A DNA stretch of 64,000 bases, from the NCBI GenBank assembly GCA_044226015.1, contig JBGAHS010000001.1, forward strand, positions 1,322,611 through 1,386,610, written 5' to 3'. The translations under genes were made by a program, and so were the position numbers. Below the pieces are notes generated by a model. It ran no database searches. It saw only the letters and a list, made by a program, of their open reading frames with translations, and was not told where the DNA came from. Shown here piece after piece: positions 1 to 9,930 of this stretch. Every line of letters begins with the position of its first letter. Within the stretch, counting starts at the first letter, position 1. This DNA comes from Candidatus Obscuribacteraceae bacterium (GTDB lineage: Bacteria > Cyanobacteriota > Vampirovibrionia > Obscuribacterales > Obscuribacteraceae).

Positions 1-1874
1 ACTGGATTTTTGTCTTTTGACAAATTCGCAAGCACTGCTGCTGGACAATTTTTGTTTTCTGCAACAGTCATGCGCACCCAGCTTTCACTGTCAGCAGAGA
101 GCTTCTCAAGGATGCTTGCGTCCGCCTTCGTACTTCGAGCCACTGCCGTTCTCACTTCCTGGCTAGGGTCCGCCTGTAACTGCAAGAGCAAGTCGGGAGG
201 TGATTTCGCTTTATCAACGGATTCTGCTCGAAGATCAGCGTCGTGAGATTTTGCATACTCCTGCAACAAATCAGCCGGACAGTTTGCGTGTGAGGCAATC
301 TGTAATTTGAGAGAGTCACCAGAAATTTTGGATAGAACGCGAATTGCATCTTCCGGCAGATCCGCCCGCGATAAGAGGAGTCTTCTGAGAACGCCATCTT
401 TGTCATCTGAGATTGCCACAAGTGCTTCTGCGCTCGTAGAAGGGTTTTGTGCAAGCGCTATGCGTACGTTGTCGCTATCATCTTTGCTCAAAATTGCGAA
501 GGTGGCTGCGTCGATTCCTTTGTTTTCAGCTAGATGTTGACGGACTCGTTCCACTGAATCTTTTGTCAATACAGAAATTATGCTGCCTGGAACCTTCTCG
601 TTGCGTGCCAGTTCTCCTCTAACTACCGACGAACTGTCCTTTACCAAAATGCTAGCGGAATTGGAGCGGATTTTAGGGTTGCTAGCTAACAAGCGTCTCA
701 CCAGTGGTGAAGTGCTGTTTGCAATTTTTTCTTCCAGCTCTGGGCTCAAGTCTGCACGAGACGCAAGCCCTTGTAAAACAGCCAGAACCTTATCATTTAC
801 CAGGCTTGAAGCTGTCTTCGCGTCCAAGCTCGGATTTAGTGAGACTGCGGTGCGTACCAGAGGATCTTTGTCTGCGGCTAAAATTGTGAGAGTCTCCACA
901 GAAGTGCTCTTGTTGTGAGCCACTGCTTCCCTGACGCCAGGATTTGAGTCCTTCGCCAGCAGCTGTAGCACTGTCAGTGGTGCGCCAGGGTTCACTGCGA
1001 GGTCCATCCGGACCTCATAATCGGAGTCTTTGTCCAGCTTGTCGAACACCTCTTTGGGAGTCGCTTTGTTACAGGCAATTGCTTGTCTGACAATGAGATT
1101 ATTGTCCGCGGACAAATTAATCAGTGCTTGTGATGGAGTATTTGGGTTTGCTGCACAAAATGCCTTAACACCCAAATCACCATCGTTTGATAGGGTCAAC
1201 AAAACGTTTGAGTGAGCATTGTTTTGCTTGGCTAGGAATGTGCGCAACATTCTGTCGCCAGTTTTCGCCAGACGTTCCTGGACATCAATTGGTGTGTTGG
1301 GATTGCGTGCCAGTGCAAGTAAAAGATATTCAGTTATCACAGGACTGACCACCAACTTTCGCAGTAGGTCCGCTGGCGTTTTGCGGTGCGACGCTAAGAG
1401 TTCGTATGTTGAAGGGGGCTGTCCGCTCGTCAATTTCTCAAGAATTTCGCGAGAGGGGAAATTAGGTCCTCGAAGGAGTGCTTCTCTTACGCGCTCGTCT
1501 TCATCGTTTACTAGCTGAGCCTGCAGAGCGGTGGAACAAGATGGATTTGCGATGACAGCCATCTTTACCAGCGCTGATTCATCTTTGGCGAGATTCTGCA
1601 GTGTTGAGGAGGACGTTGACGGATTTTGTGCAACCGCCATTTTGATGTGCTGTGCTGGAATCGTTATTCCGGCTGGAAGCAAGGATTGTCGGGCAGTGCT
1701 TTGCAGCGGATTATCAGCAGTCTGAGAGCCCTGTTCCGCTTGACTGATGAGGACATGGTCCACATTTCGGGATGCGTTTGCGTTTAGTTCTGTTGCAGCA
1801 AGTGTTTGACCTTGCGTCGTTGCCATAAAGCTGAACGATAAGGCAATCAACAGTTTTGCCCTGTCCGTGGACAT
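1..1874 (-). CDS. Secreted leucine-rich-repeat-variant (LRV)/HEAT-like repeat protein, 3' end runs off the window
   Basis: Absent from the ORF track because there is no stop in the window. ATG at 1874 follows a GAGGAGG RBS (cctcctc at 1881-1887 on +). My translation begins MSTDRAKLLIALSFSFMATTQGQTLAA (signal-peptide-like), then many ~24-aa repeats such as VKMAVIANPSCS, VREAVAHNKSTSVETLTILAADKD and VRIALAQNPSTSAEAL. Confidence 0.85.
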   Translation of the reverse strand, partial: MSTDRAKLLIALSFSFMATTQGQTLAATELNANASRNVDHVLISQAEQGSQTADNPLQSTARQSLLPAGITIPAQHIKMAVAQNPSTSSSTLQNLAKDESALVKMAVIANPSCSTALQAQLVNDEDERVREALLRGPNFPSREILEKLTSGQPPSTYELLASHRKTPADLLRKLVVSPVITEYLLLALARNPNTPIDVQERLAKTGDRMLRTFLAKQNNAHSNVLLTLSNDGDLGVKAFCAANPNTPSQALINLSADNNLIVRQAIACNKATPKEVFDKLDKDSDYEVRMDLAVNPGAPLTVLQLLAKDSNPGVREAVAHNKSTSVETLTILAADKDPLVRTAVSLNPSLDAKTASSLVNDKVLAVLQGLASRADLSPELEEKIANSTSPLVRRLLASNPKIRSNSASILVKDSSSVVRGELARNEKVPGSIISVLTKDSVERVRQHLAENKGIDAATFAILSKDDSDNVRIALAQNPSTSAEALVAISDDKDGVLRRLLLSRADLPEDAIRVLSKISGDSLKLQIASHANCPADLLQEYAKSHDADLRAESVDKAKSPPDLLLQLQADPSQEVRTAVARSTKADASILEKLSADSESWVRMTVAENKNCPAAVLANLSKDKNP

Positions 1875-2003
1875 TTCGAGCCTCCTCAATCTGAGCTGCG
1901 GTAGGCTGCTAATTATAGACTAGTACAGCGTTTTCCATATTATTGATGGCTGTTTACAACGCTCTGCCTTGCTCGATTTTCAAGAAGCTTTAAGCTCTTG
2001 CAA

Positions 2004-4457
2004 CTACTGCCTTTCTGGCTTTTTGGACGGCGGCATTTTGTTTTGTGTATTTTGATTAGAGTTGTTTGGCTTTTGTGGAAGGGGAGGCATTTTTGGAGGT
2101 CTTGGCATGGATGGTTCGCTAGGAGCTGCCGGACTTGGCACCGTATTCGGTGGCGGTTGAGTTTCTCCGGCGCCTGGCTTCTTCGGAGGCGAGTTGTGAT
2201 TAGCGGTTGATTTAGTGGTCGGCATGCTGCGGTTTAAGCTTGAAGCTTCAGACTGCATACTTGCTGATGGTAAATTTTGATTTGCGCTTTGTGGCTTAAC
2301 TGGGGGCATGTTTTGATTTGAACTTGCAGGCTTAGCTGGGGGCATGTTTTGATTTGAAGTCGCTGGACTTAATGCATGTATGTTTCGATGCGAATTTTTC
2401 GGGCTCGCTTCAGGCGTGTTCTGATTTGAATTTGCAGAATTGGAATTGACTGAAGGTAGATTCTGGCTAGAACTGCTTCCATTGTTCATTCTGGGCAGCT
2501 GTGGGCTATGTCTGCTTTCGGTTGCTTTGATCGCTTTCAAGCCCGTGTTCGAATCATTTGGAGCGAGCGGAATTTCTGAATGCGAATCGCTAGGAAAGCG
2601 ATAATGCCGCCCGATAAGTTGCTTCAGTTCTGAAAGCTCTAGCTCTTGTGCTGCATGCTCAACATACTTTGCTTGCCAACCGTCGAGCGCTTTTCCGAGA
2701 TTTGAAAGTGATAAAGCTGAAGCTTTAGCTGCGGCGAGGTTCACTCCGACCTCGCAGTGGTTAAGCGTAAGGGCCCGTGAGATAGCCGAGTAGCCCTGGC
2801 TTTCTCTTAGCGCGATTTTCAACAAAGCTTCGGAATGTTCTGAGCCTATGCGCGAACTGACTATAGATATGATCTTGCGAAAGTTTGCTAGCGGTTGAGA
2901 CAGGTCTTGAGATACGACTCGCATTAACTCGTAATGTATTAATCTAGAAATAGCAAATGCGACCTGGCATGATGTAACGTTTCCGATCTGTCTGATGATA
3001 TCAGATACGGTGCTCAGCCCATCTGCGGCGCGCCACACAGACCGCATCGCCTCCATTTCATCGGGACTTAATTCATATGCTTCCTGAGGGTCGGACAGTG
3101 TCTGTGCCAGCAGCCCCTGTCTATCGGGAAGTTTCTCCAGTACGCTCTTATCTCTTAGAGCCATTTTTTTCCAAACAGACTCGATGTTGTCGCTTGCTAG
3201 AGCTGAATCTAGCAGTAATTTGTCGAGCGGTCGGGTTATTTTGCAATCTTCAGTTGAAATATCGGGAGGCGCTGGACGTTCCATGTAAACAAAAACGCCT
3301 TCTTTCCATACAGAAACAAACTCTGTGACGGCGTTGTTTGCCCGAAGTTTATTTAGCTTGGCGAATGTTAATCGTCCCTGGTCGAAAACAGCTTTAAATG
3401 ACTGATCTTTGTAATCAACGACAACCACCCCACTAGCTCTGTTGCTGGCAAGGTTTTGCAATACGCCTGCAGCGTCTGTGGTTCCAAGATTACCTATAAG
3501 GGACTGTACGTGTCCTTCGTCATACTCGACTCTGACTTTTTCATTTTCTGTGTCTCGAATTTGCCCAAAGAATGATAGGTCTTGCAACGCTAACTCAAGC
3601 TGTCTTGCGCTCATGAATCCCTTTGCTACAGCCATAGAGCCTATTGACAGACGAGTCTTTTTCGTCTGCAGCATTGCGCTTTGCACTTCGTCTAATTGAT
3701 CGCGCGTTAGCAATTGAGATTCGATCAAGTAATCTTTCAACTTGAACTGCCTTCCGTTTTGGAAGTTCTGAACTAGAAAAGGAATCTTCGCAAATATGGG
3801 GTAGATGGCTCGCATCTTTTCCAATTTCTTCAGCTCTTTCTGCAGTGACTCGAAGTCATATTCAGAAACAAATCGTTGCGCCAGTGTATGGAGGGGCGTG
3901 TAATTGTCGATTGCCAGAAGCACAGCCTTATTGTGATTGCGTTTTTCAGAACCTGTCTTGAGCTTGATACCGTATGTGGTTAGAACTGGAATTGACGTGA
4001 GTAATATTTGCTCTGCTAAATTTGTGCTTTCTCTGCGGACCTCAATTGATTGACCCATGGCTTGTTGAATACTTTTAGCAATCAAGCTGGAGTAGTCATA
4101 GACTGCGGAAAAAGATTCAAAGACATGAAATGATAAGAACCCCGTTTGCTTCTCTTTTATAAACGCGGCGGCTCTGTCCTTCGTAATGAAAACGAGTGCT
4201 CCTTGAACTGCCAGGAAAATTTTTGCGAAAGCGGATGCGTTTACCAGAAACTCTGCGGGGAAAAGCAGCCCGGACTCAATTGTTTTCACTATGACAATGT
4301 CAAAGAGTCTTCTTGATTGCGTTAGTGCCTCGAGTTCTTCCAAGGTTCGAGGACCGAACTGCATAACCGCAATGTTCTCATCGGAGACCGCCCGTAGACG
4401 CATGGTTATGTCGTCTACATCGCATGAATCAAGCCAGCTTCCGGGATCATTTGACAT
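2004..4457 (-). CDS. MshEN-like plus DUF4388 (PATAN-like) domain protein with a Pro/Ser/Asn-rich C-terminal tail
   Basis: 817-aa ORF. The tandem motif KLKDYLIESQLLTRDQLDEVQ...RLSIGSMAVAKGFMSARQLELALQD resembles MshEN. GNLGTTDAAGVLQNLASNRASG...FDQGRLTFA...VWKEGVFVY...ITRPLDKLLLDSA resembles DUF4388. Confidence 0.7.
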   Translation of the reverse strand: MSNDPGSWLDSCDVDDITMRLRAVSDENIAVMQFGPRTLEELEALTQSRRLFDIVIVKTIESGLLFPAEFLVNASAFAKIFLAVQGALVFITKDRAAAFIKEKQTGFLSFHVFESFSAVYDYSSLIAKSIQQAMGQSIEVRRESTNLAEQILLTSIPVLTTYGIKLKTGSEKRNHNKAVLLAIDNYTPLHTLAQRFVSEYDFESLQKELKKLEKMRAIYPIFAKIPFLVQNFQNGRQFKLKDYLIESQLLTRDQLDEVQSAMLQTKKTRLSIGSMAVAKGFMSARQLELALQDLSFFGQIRDTENEKVRVEYDEGHVQSLIGNLGTTDAAGVLQNLASNRASGVVVVDYKDQSFKAVFDQGRLTFAKLNKLRANNAVTEFVSVWKEGVFVYMERPAPPDISTEDCKITRPLDKLLLDSALASDNIESVWKKMALRDKSVLEKLPDRQGLLAQTLSDPQEAYELSPDEMEAMRSVWRAADGLSTVSDIIRQIGNVTSCQVAFAISRLIHYELMRVVSQDLSQPLANFRKIISIVSSRIGSEHSEALLKIALRESQGYSAISRALTLNHCEVGVNLAAAKASALSLSNLGKALDGWQAKYVEHAAQELELSELKQLIGRHYRFPSDSHSEIPLAPNDSNTGLKAIKATESRHSPQLPRMNNGSSSSQNLPSVNSNSANSNQNTPEASPKNSHRNIHALSPATSNQNMPPAKPASSNQNMPPVKPQSANQNLPSASMQSEASSLNRSMPTTKSTANHNSPPKKPGAGETQPPPNTVPSPAAPSEPSMPRPPKMPPLPQKPNNSNQNTQNKMPPSKKPERQ

Positions 4458-4685
4458 GCAAAAAAAATCTCTGAGACTTATGATGAAGTTATTCCCGATA
4501 TCTCATTTCTGTCGCTGAGTTTTCCGACATCCCTCTCTAATATTTGTTAATGCTGAGGCCGGCTTTCGGAATCTCTTCGTAGCGTTGGGGTTGGGGGATT
4601 CGCTATGTTTGCCCAACTGGGCCAGACATTCTTAATTATCAGCAGTTCGCTTGGGCTGGGTATATTTACTAGCATTGATTGGTTC

Positions 4686-4691
4686 TATAAT
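4686..4691 (+). promoter_or_regulatory. Candidate sigma-70 -10 box of the response regulator gene
   Basis: Perfect TATAAT about 30 nt upstream of the ATG at 4721. The -35 is weak. Confidence 0.4.
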
Positions 4692-4720
4692 CTAAACGTC
4701 AGTCCCCCCTTAAAGTAGTC

Positions 4721-5413
4721 ATGGCAAAGATTCTCCTCGTTGAAGATGATAAAACCATCGGCAAGTTGGTTGCTCTCCAGCTTGAAAGAGAGCATCATCT
4801 CGTAGAACGTGTTGATACGGGGAAGGACGCGCTATTTAATCTTCGCGTTCATGATTTTGACCTTGTAATTCTTGACTGGATGTTGCCTGATCTGAGCGGC
4901 TTGGAAGTATGCAAGGGATATCGTGATGGTGGCGGAAAGAGTCCTATCCTCATGTTGACTGCCCGAGGGGAAGCCCAGGATAAAGTCAGTGCGCTTGACA
5001 CTGGCGCTGATGACTACCTTGTGAAACCTTTTGTGCCAGAAGAACTTCTGGCTCGTGTCAGAGCTCTATTACGTCGTCCCAACTTGATGACTGGCAAGCA
5101 AATTTCTGTGCAGGACATTGTCCTAGACACAGCCAGCCGCCAAATAACTCGCTCTGGCAATCATGTTGAATTAACGGCAAAGGAATTTGCGCTTTTAGAA
5201 TTGTTGATGAGGCATCCTAACCAGAGTTTCAGTGTGGAAGCTATTCTTGATAGGCTCTGGAAGTCAGAGACAACTGCATCGTTGGAAACAGTTCGTACAC
5301 ATGTCAAAACCTTGAGACGCAAGTTGGGCGATAGCGAAGAGAGCCCAATTATCAGAACTAAGCGAGGACTGGGATATCGCATAGTCAGCGATGAGGCAAA
5401 TGCCAGGGATTAA
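4721..5413 (+). CDS. OmpR/PhoB-family two-component response regulator
   Basis: REC domain (ILLVEDD, LVILDWMLP, MLTAR, DDYLVKPF) plus a winged-helix DNA-binding domain (LTAKEFALLELLM, VRTHVKTLRRKL, TKRGLGY). Confidence 0.95.
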   Translation: MAKILLVEDDKTIGKLVALQLEREHHLVERVDTGKDALFNLRVHDFDLVILDWMLPDLSGLEVCKGYRDGGGKSPILMLTARGEAQDKVSALDTGADDYLVKPFVPEELLARVRALLRRPNLMTGKQISVQDIVLDTASRQITRSGNHVELTAKEFALLELLMRHPNQSFSVEAILDRLWKSETTASLETVRTHVKTLRRKLGDSEESPIIRTKRGLGYRIVSDEANARD

Positions 5414-6249
5414 GGCGTTCTGTTACGAACTTCTCTAGCTTCGGTTTCTGCCGCATCGGCATCGCCACTGCGATTCTGACTCTTGTAAAACGCCGCGAGA
5501 TTGTTAAGTGCTTCTGAGAGTTCTTGAGAGTTGCCTTTGTGCTTGCGCACTGTGTTTACGTAAGTTTTGAACATTGATTCTGCTTCAACGACATTGCCTT
5601 CCTTATATAACACCTGAGCGAGGCTTCTTTGACTTTCCGCAAGCACGCTTGATGAATCTGGACTGTAGCTGAGCAGGTTGCCAGCATTGGCGCCACCGTT
5701 TTCGTTTATCTGAACGACCCGTTTCAAAATTCGCTCAGCATCGGAATATCGACCCTGCCTGGTGTACAAGGTGGCAAGACTGCTGAGTGTGTTGGAGACT
5801 TCAATTGAGCCAGGCAAGCTCGTCGGATTTTGCAAAACGTTTGAAACAAACGTCCTGGTATTCAAAAATTCGCCGTTGGAGTCACTTAGGGCGCCGGAGT
5901 ATCCGCTGGTGATTATGAGTGAGCGAATGAGGAAGTGCTCGGCGTCGCTGAGTCTGTTGTTATTCATATAAAACGTGCCAAGCAGGCGCGCCGTCTTTCC
6001 GGAGACGGAGGACATAGCTCCTGCGCCTCGGACAGATAAGGTTAATGCCTGATTCAGCTTAGTTTCTGCTGTTGAGATATCGCCTTCGCCGTTAGCCTTT
6101 TGTGATTCTTCAATCAGGTTGTTAACGTCGGAGATTGTGTCAGCAAGCGAGGCTGGTGGAACTGTTAGCATGATAATTAGCAAGCCCACTGCAAAAAAGC
6201 AGGACTTAGTCCATGAGCGCCCGGTGAAGTTGTTTGCCAGTCCAAGCAT
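5410..6249 (-). CDS. Secreted tetratricopeptide-repeat protein (start uncertain)
   Basis: Hydrophobic signal-like N-terminus and TPR helices (TLSSLATLYTRQGRYSDAERILKR, ALNNLAAFYKSQNRSGDA). Confidence 0.8.
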   Translation of the reverse strand: MLGLANNFTGRSWTKSCFFAVGLLIIMLTVPPASLADTISDVNNLIEESQKANGEGDISTAETKLNQALTLSVRGAGAMSSVSGKTARLLGTFYMNNNRLSDAEHFLIRSLIITSGYSGALSDSNGEFLNTRTFVSNVLQNPTSLPGSIEVSNTLSSLATLYTRQGRYSDAERILKRVVQINENGGANAGNLLSYSPDSSSVLAESQRSLAQVLYKEGNVVEAESMFKTYVNTVRKHKGNSQELSEALNNLAAFYKSQNRSGDADAAETEAREVRNRTP

Positions 6250-9049
6250 GTTTTTCCAGTTTTGAATCGAGCTCTTTGAAGATGGGCAGTTCCAATTCGC
6301 TCAATCTATGAGTCTCGCTTTTATTATAGAGGAGTCTTCTCAGTCTCTGGTTGCAAACTATAACAATCTTGTTAGGAGCATTTTGTCTGCATAAGAACTG
6401 AGGGGAGTTAGCGAAGAGTTTCTGCTGTGTTTTGTTGAGTTTGGTAGAAAGGTAGTTGCTGAGTGAGGTTTCTAATTCAGTTTCCAGCCAGTTTTGTAGA
6501 GCTTCTCTCATTTCGGGAAAAGGGCGTTCAAGTTCGAGTTCTTTAATCGCATTTTCCTGCTGGCGAAGAAATTCTCTAATCACAAGTTCAGCAAATTCTC
6601 TTTTGTTTTGAACGAAAAGCCTTGTTTTTTGTTTTGCGCTTTGTTTCTCGATGATAAGGCTTTCCAAAATGGAAAATTCACTAGCAGAGCATTGGAAGCT
6701 CTCTTTTATAGAATTCAAAATAAGAGCGTCAAGCTGCTGCTCAAGGCTTTCCAATTGGCTTGCTGCTTTGTTCTGTTCTCTGATAATTTCGTCGCAAATT
6801 TTTTCCGCGTCGTCGTTTTTGGAGAGCTGGATGATTCTTTTGTCTGCGGAGTAGTGCAGGCGAGTTTCATCAAAGAATTGAATTGTTTCTTTTGCCTGCA
6901 GCGCCTGGCCTGCGATCTTCTCTAATTCTTTTCTGCCGTCATTGCCAATTTGCAGTAAGGGAATCTGTTTGATATCGCCCACCTGGCAATTGAAGGTAGG
7001 GTTAAGCAGTGCCATGCAAAGTCCAGCGAAACTTGAGTTTAGATAGGAGAGCATGTATGCGAGATCCGCCTGGTTCGCGAAGAAAAGGGCTGAGCCTCCG
7101 ACATCGAATATTGCTCTTTCCGTCATTTTTCTAACCGCAAAAGCGCCGGTTGAGACGAATGAAAAAGTCAGTCCTTCTCTAAAATAGTATTGTTCGTTTT
7201 TTACTACCCAGGACGTTTTTCCTTTGAGATAGGGATAATTTGTCTCGACAGCTGCTTTAATATCGCTACCGTCTTTGCCCCAATCTACCACTGTTTGGCA
7301 GGCGGCCTGCCATCTTTCGCTGCCGGCACCTTTAATGTAGGGATGCCAGCGAACACTAATTTCTTCAGGCAAGACGTCCCACCAAAATCTGACAAAACGG
7401 TCATTATCACTGGTGGCTAGTCCTTGTTTGACCTCTGCTATTTCGCCAAGCTTTGCGGCATCATTCATGATGCGCTGGAGGATTGATGGACATTTGTAGT
7501 TAAAGGCGTAGGCGCGATTTTCAGAGAGCGTTTCATAACTTAGGGTTTGGAATTTCTGTTCTGAATTATCGTCACAAGCGAGTTGCAGTGCCTGCTGTTT
7601 GTCGCTGCATTTACTGATGTCTAGAAACTCTGCCGAGCTTCTGTCTGATGAATTAAGAGAGTCAGTTTCGTCTGGCTCATTTGGTTTTCGTGCGGATTTT
7701 GCAGGTGTTGATTTGCTCGTTTTCGCGTCGGCGATTTGTGCTTTGGCTTCGAGCTGGGGCGCCGCCTGGGGAGCTGCCTGGGGAGCCGCAGTTTGCTCAA
7801 GCACAATCAGCATGCTATTTATTTTCTCTCCTGCCACGAGTGGAAATACACCAGTGCCTAATTCCACTACGGAGAGTAAGTGGTTCCTGTTGAGCAATTC
7901 TTTTCTGAGTTCACCATAACTGGGAAGAAACAGTAAGGATGATTGTGTAATGAATGACACTCGCCCGGATGGCTTGCAAAGCTCGAGTGCGCGAACAAGA
8001 AATGCTGCGCTTATATCATTGTGAGCTGTTGGGTATTCTGCTTTCAAAAATTGTTTGAGTCGGCGGTCGAGTAGTCGTCTACCAATGTATGGGGGATTGC
8101 TAATTACAGCATCATATTTTTTTGAAAGAGTGTGATTGCTATGCCATTCTCGGTTTAATGAGCCTGTTTCTACATCTGAGTGGTTCTTACTTGCGATGGA
8201 AACATCAGTTAGATTTAGCGATAACGAGAGGAGAAACTTCTCGCCTTGCTCTTCAGTTAAATGGCTCAGAGCTTTTAGCGCCAAAGCGAAGCCGCAAACC
8301 CAAAGAGCCTGAGAATCTAAATCGCTGCCATGAATGCAATTATTCAAAATGTTGCTTGTCGAAAACTCTGGGGATAATCCTTCAAGCTGATGCAACTCAT
8401 ACAAAAGATCGAATGCTGCTAGAAGGAGGTGTCCTGAGCCTGCCGCGGGGTCTATGACTCTCAAGTTCGCGGCAGGGGAGGTTTCCGACGACAGTTCTCT
8501 CCTATATATACTTTTGAAGTTCGTTTGTTTCTCCCTTGCAAATTGCCAGCGTGGCAAGATTGAGTTTGCTGCAAGATAGGCAGCAATCCATCGTGGTGTG
8601 TAGAGTTGCGTAAAGTGGATGAGATCTTCTTTTTCACTTTTCTTGTCTGCGCTCTGAATTCTATCAAGGGCTTTTCTTCGAGCTGATTCGCAACTGAACT
8701 GATAAAAGTAGCCCGCAAAGTTTTCGTCGAATTGATCAAGTGTTTCGGATTTCTTTCGAAGTTGCCTCGCAAGTTCATGCAAGTTCGCCTCTCTAACGTT
8801 GTGTTCCGCTGGGATTTTGCTTTTGAAGTTTTCATCCAGAGAAGCTACAAGTTTCAAAATCTGTGTAGTACTAACTTTGTTTGCAATGCCCTGCTTCTCT
8901 CGTCTGCGAATTGCTTCTGCGATCAGCAGTTCTTCAAGCGAAAACTCGCTACTGCTCTCGCTTCCGCCAGCAGACTTCTGCAAATTGAAATAGAACTTTC
9001 GCAATGACGAGAGAAACTTTTTGGCATCGTCCAATGAAGTCGTTGGCAT
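6206..9049 (-). CDS. pglX: BREX PglX-like N6-adenine DNA methyltransferase (orphan)
   Basis: Motifs TQLYTPRWIAAYLAANSI, DPAAGSGHLL (SAM binding), NPPY (catalytic), KQGLATSDNDRFVRFWW and KNEQYYFREGLTFS are typical of PglX. The ATG at 9049 overlaps the upstream TAA (TAATG coupling), so I prefer it to the ORF-track start at 9097. Confidence 0.8.
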   Translation of the reverse strand: MPTTSLDDAKKFLSSLRKFYFNLQKSAGGSESSSEFSLEELLIAEAIRRREKQGIANKVSTTQILKLVASLDENFKSKIPAEHNVREANLHELARQLRKKSETLDQFDENFAGYFYQFSCESARRKALDRIQSADKKSEKEDLIHFTQLYTPRWIAAYLAANSILPRWQFAREKQTNFKSIYRRELSSETSPAANLRVIDPAAGSGHLLLAAFDLLYELHQLEGLSPEFSTSNILNNCIHGSDLDSQALWVCGFALALKALSHLTEEQGEKFLLSLSLNLTDVSIASKNHSDVETGSLNREWHSNHTLSKKYDAVISNPPYIGRRLLDRRLKQFLKAEYPTAHNDISAAFLVRALELCKPSGRVSFITQSSLLFLPSYGELRKELLNRNHLLSVVELGTGVFPLVAGEKINSMLIVLEQTAAPQAAPQAAPQLEAKAQIADAKTSKSTPAKSARKPNEPDETDSLNSSDRSSAEFLDISKCSDKQQALQLACDDNSEQKFQTLSYETLSENRAYAFNYKCPSILQRIMNDAAKLGEIAEVKQGLATSDNDRFVRFWWDVLPEEISVRWHPYIKGAGSERWQAACQTVVDWGKDGSDIKAAVETNYPYLKGKTSWVVKNEQYYFREGLTFSFVSTGAFAVRKMTERAIFDVGGSALFFANQADLAYMLSYLNSSFAGLCMALLNPTFNCQVGDIKQIPLLQIGNDGRKELEKIAGQALQAKETIQFFDETRLHYSADKRIIQLSKNDDAEKICDEIIREQNKAASQLESLEQQLDALILNSIKESFQCSASEFSILESLIIEKQSAKQKTRLFVQNKREFAELVIREFLRQQENAIKELELERPFPEMREALQNWLETELETSLSNYLSTKLNKTQQKLFANSPQFLCRQNAPNKIVIVCNQRLRRLLYNKSETHRLSELELPIFKELDSKLEKHAWTGKQLHRALMD

Positions 9050-9813
9050 TAGCTCTTCTGCGAGTTTGCTTCCATGAAGGCTAGAGTCAGTTGCCATGCG
9101 TCAGTTGCGGCTTCACGATGGTAGAACTCTCTTGTGTCATTAAAGAATGCGTGTTTTGCGTTAGGATAGATTTTGATATGCGTTTTCTTTCCGAGATCGA
9201 GCTGCTTTTTCTCTAACTCATTGATGTGCACAATTGGAATCAAATCGTCGATGCCACTGAAAAGTCCAAGGAAAGGACAATTGAGTCCGCCGGTGTAAGA
9301 AATTGGGTGGCGAGGCTTTTCTGTGGTGATGTCCTGGTAGTAAATTCGTCCGTAGTAGTCGATGGCATAAGCGAGTAGGGGTGTTCTTGCTGCAAATAAG
9401 TATGCGATAGCGCCGCCCATGCAGTAACCCAGCGTCCCGATGGCTTTGGGGTTAACTCTTGCGAATTTGCGGGCGTGGTCGAAAACTGACTGGAGATCGC
9501 TTATCAGCTGCTCGTCAGGGATGCTTGCCCAGACGGCTCTCATCGCTGCCAGATCGTTACGGTCGTAAGGCAAATTTGGATGGTATGCAAAAAGGTCGGG
9601 TGCAAAAACTATGTAGCCTTCCTGGGCGAATCTCCTGGCAACTTCTCGGATGTGTTCATTTACGCCAAAAATCTCGTGAATGAGAATCAGTGCCGGATAG
9701 ACTTTGTTGTCATCAGGAGCTGCACAATAGACTGGAAGGCTGCCCCCGCTTCTTTTAATGCTGAATTCCTCTTCGAAAAGGCCAGAATTCGAATTGGGAT
9801 GGCGGTCATGCAT
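9049..9813 (-). CDS. Dienelactone hydrolase family protein
   Basis: HEIFGVNEHIREVARRFAQEGY, the nucleophile motif GYCMGG and the HAFFND catalytic His. Confidence 0.93.
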   Translation of the reverse strand: MHDRHPNSNSGLFEEEFSIKRSGGSLPVYCAAPDDNKVYPALILIHEIFGVNEHIREVARRFAQEGYIVFAPDLFAYHPNLPYDRNDLAAMRAVWASIPDEQLISDLQSVFDHARKFARVNPKAIGTLGYCMGGAIAYLFAARTPLLAYAIDYYGRIYYQDITTEKPRHPISYTGGLNCPFLGLFSGIDDLIPIVHINELEKKQLDLGKKTHIKIYPNAKHAFFNDTREFYHREAATDAWQLTLAFMEANSQKS

Positions 9814-9930
9814 TGCAAATTTCCTGTGATTCTATGTTCTAAAGATGAGAAATGTCGGTTTCAAATGTGGAATAGTCTGATTGTAACCAAGCAACGATTC
9901 GGACAGGCATTTCAGGGACTGAATTATTAA

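Noticed and set aside
10..1725. Plus-strand short ORFs in the first 1.7 kb
   Set aside because: They are antisense to the real LRV-repeat gene on the minus strand.
6206..9097. Complete BREX or restriction-modification defence island
   Set aside because: No other brx, restriction or mobility genes lie nearby, and the neighbours are a hydrolase and a TPR protein.
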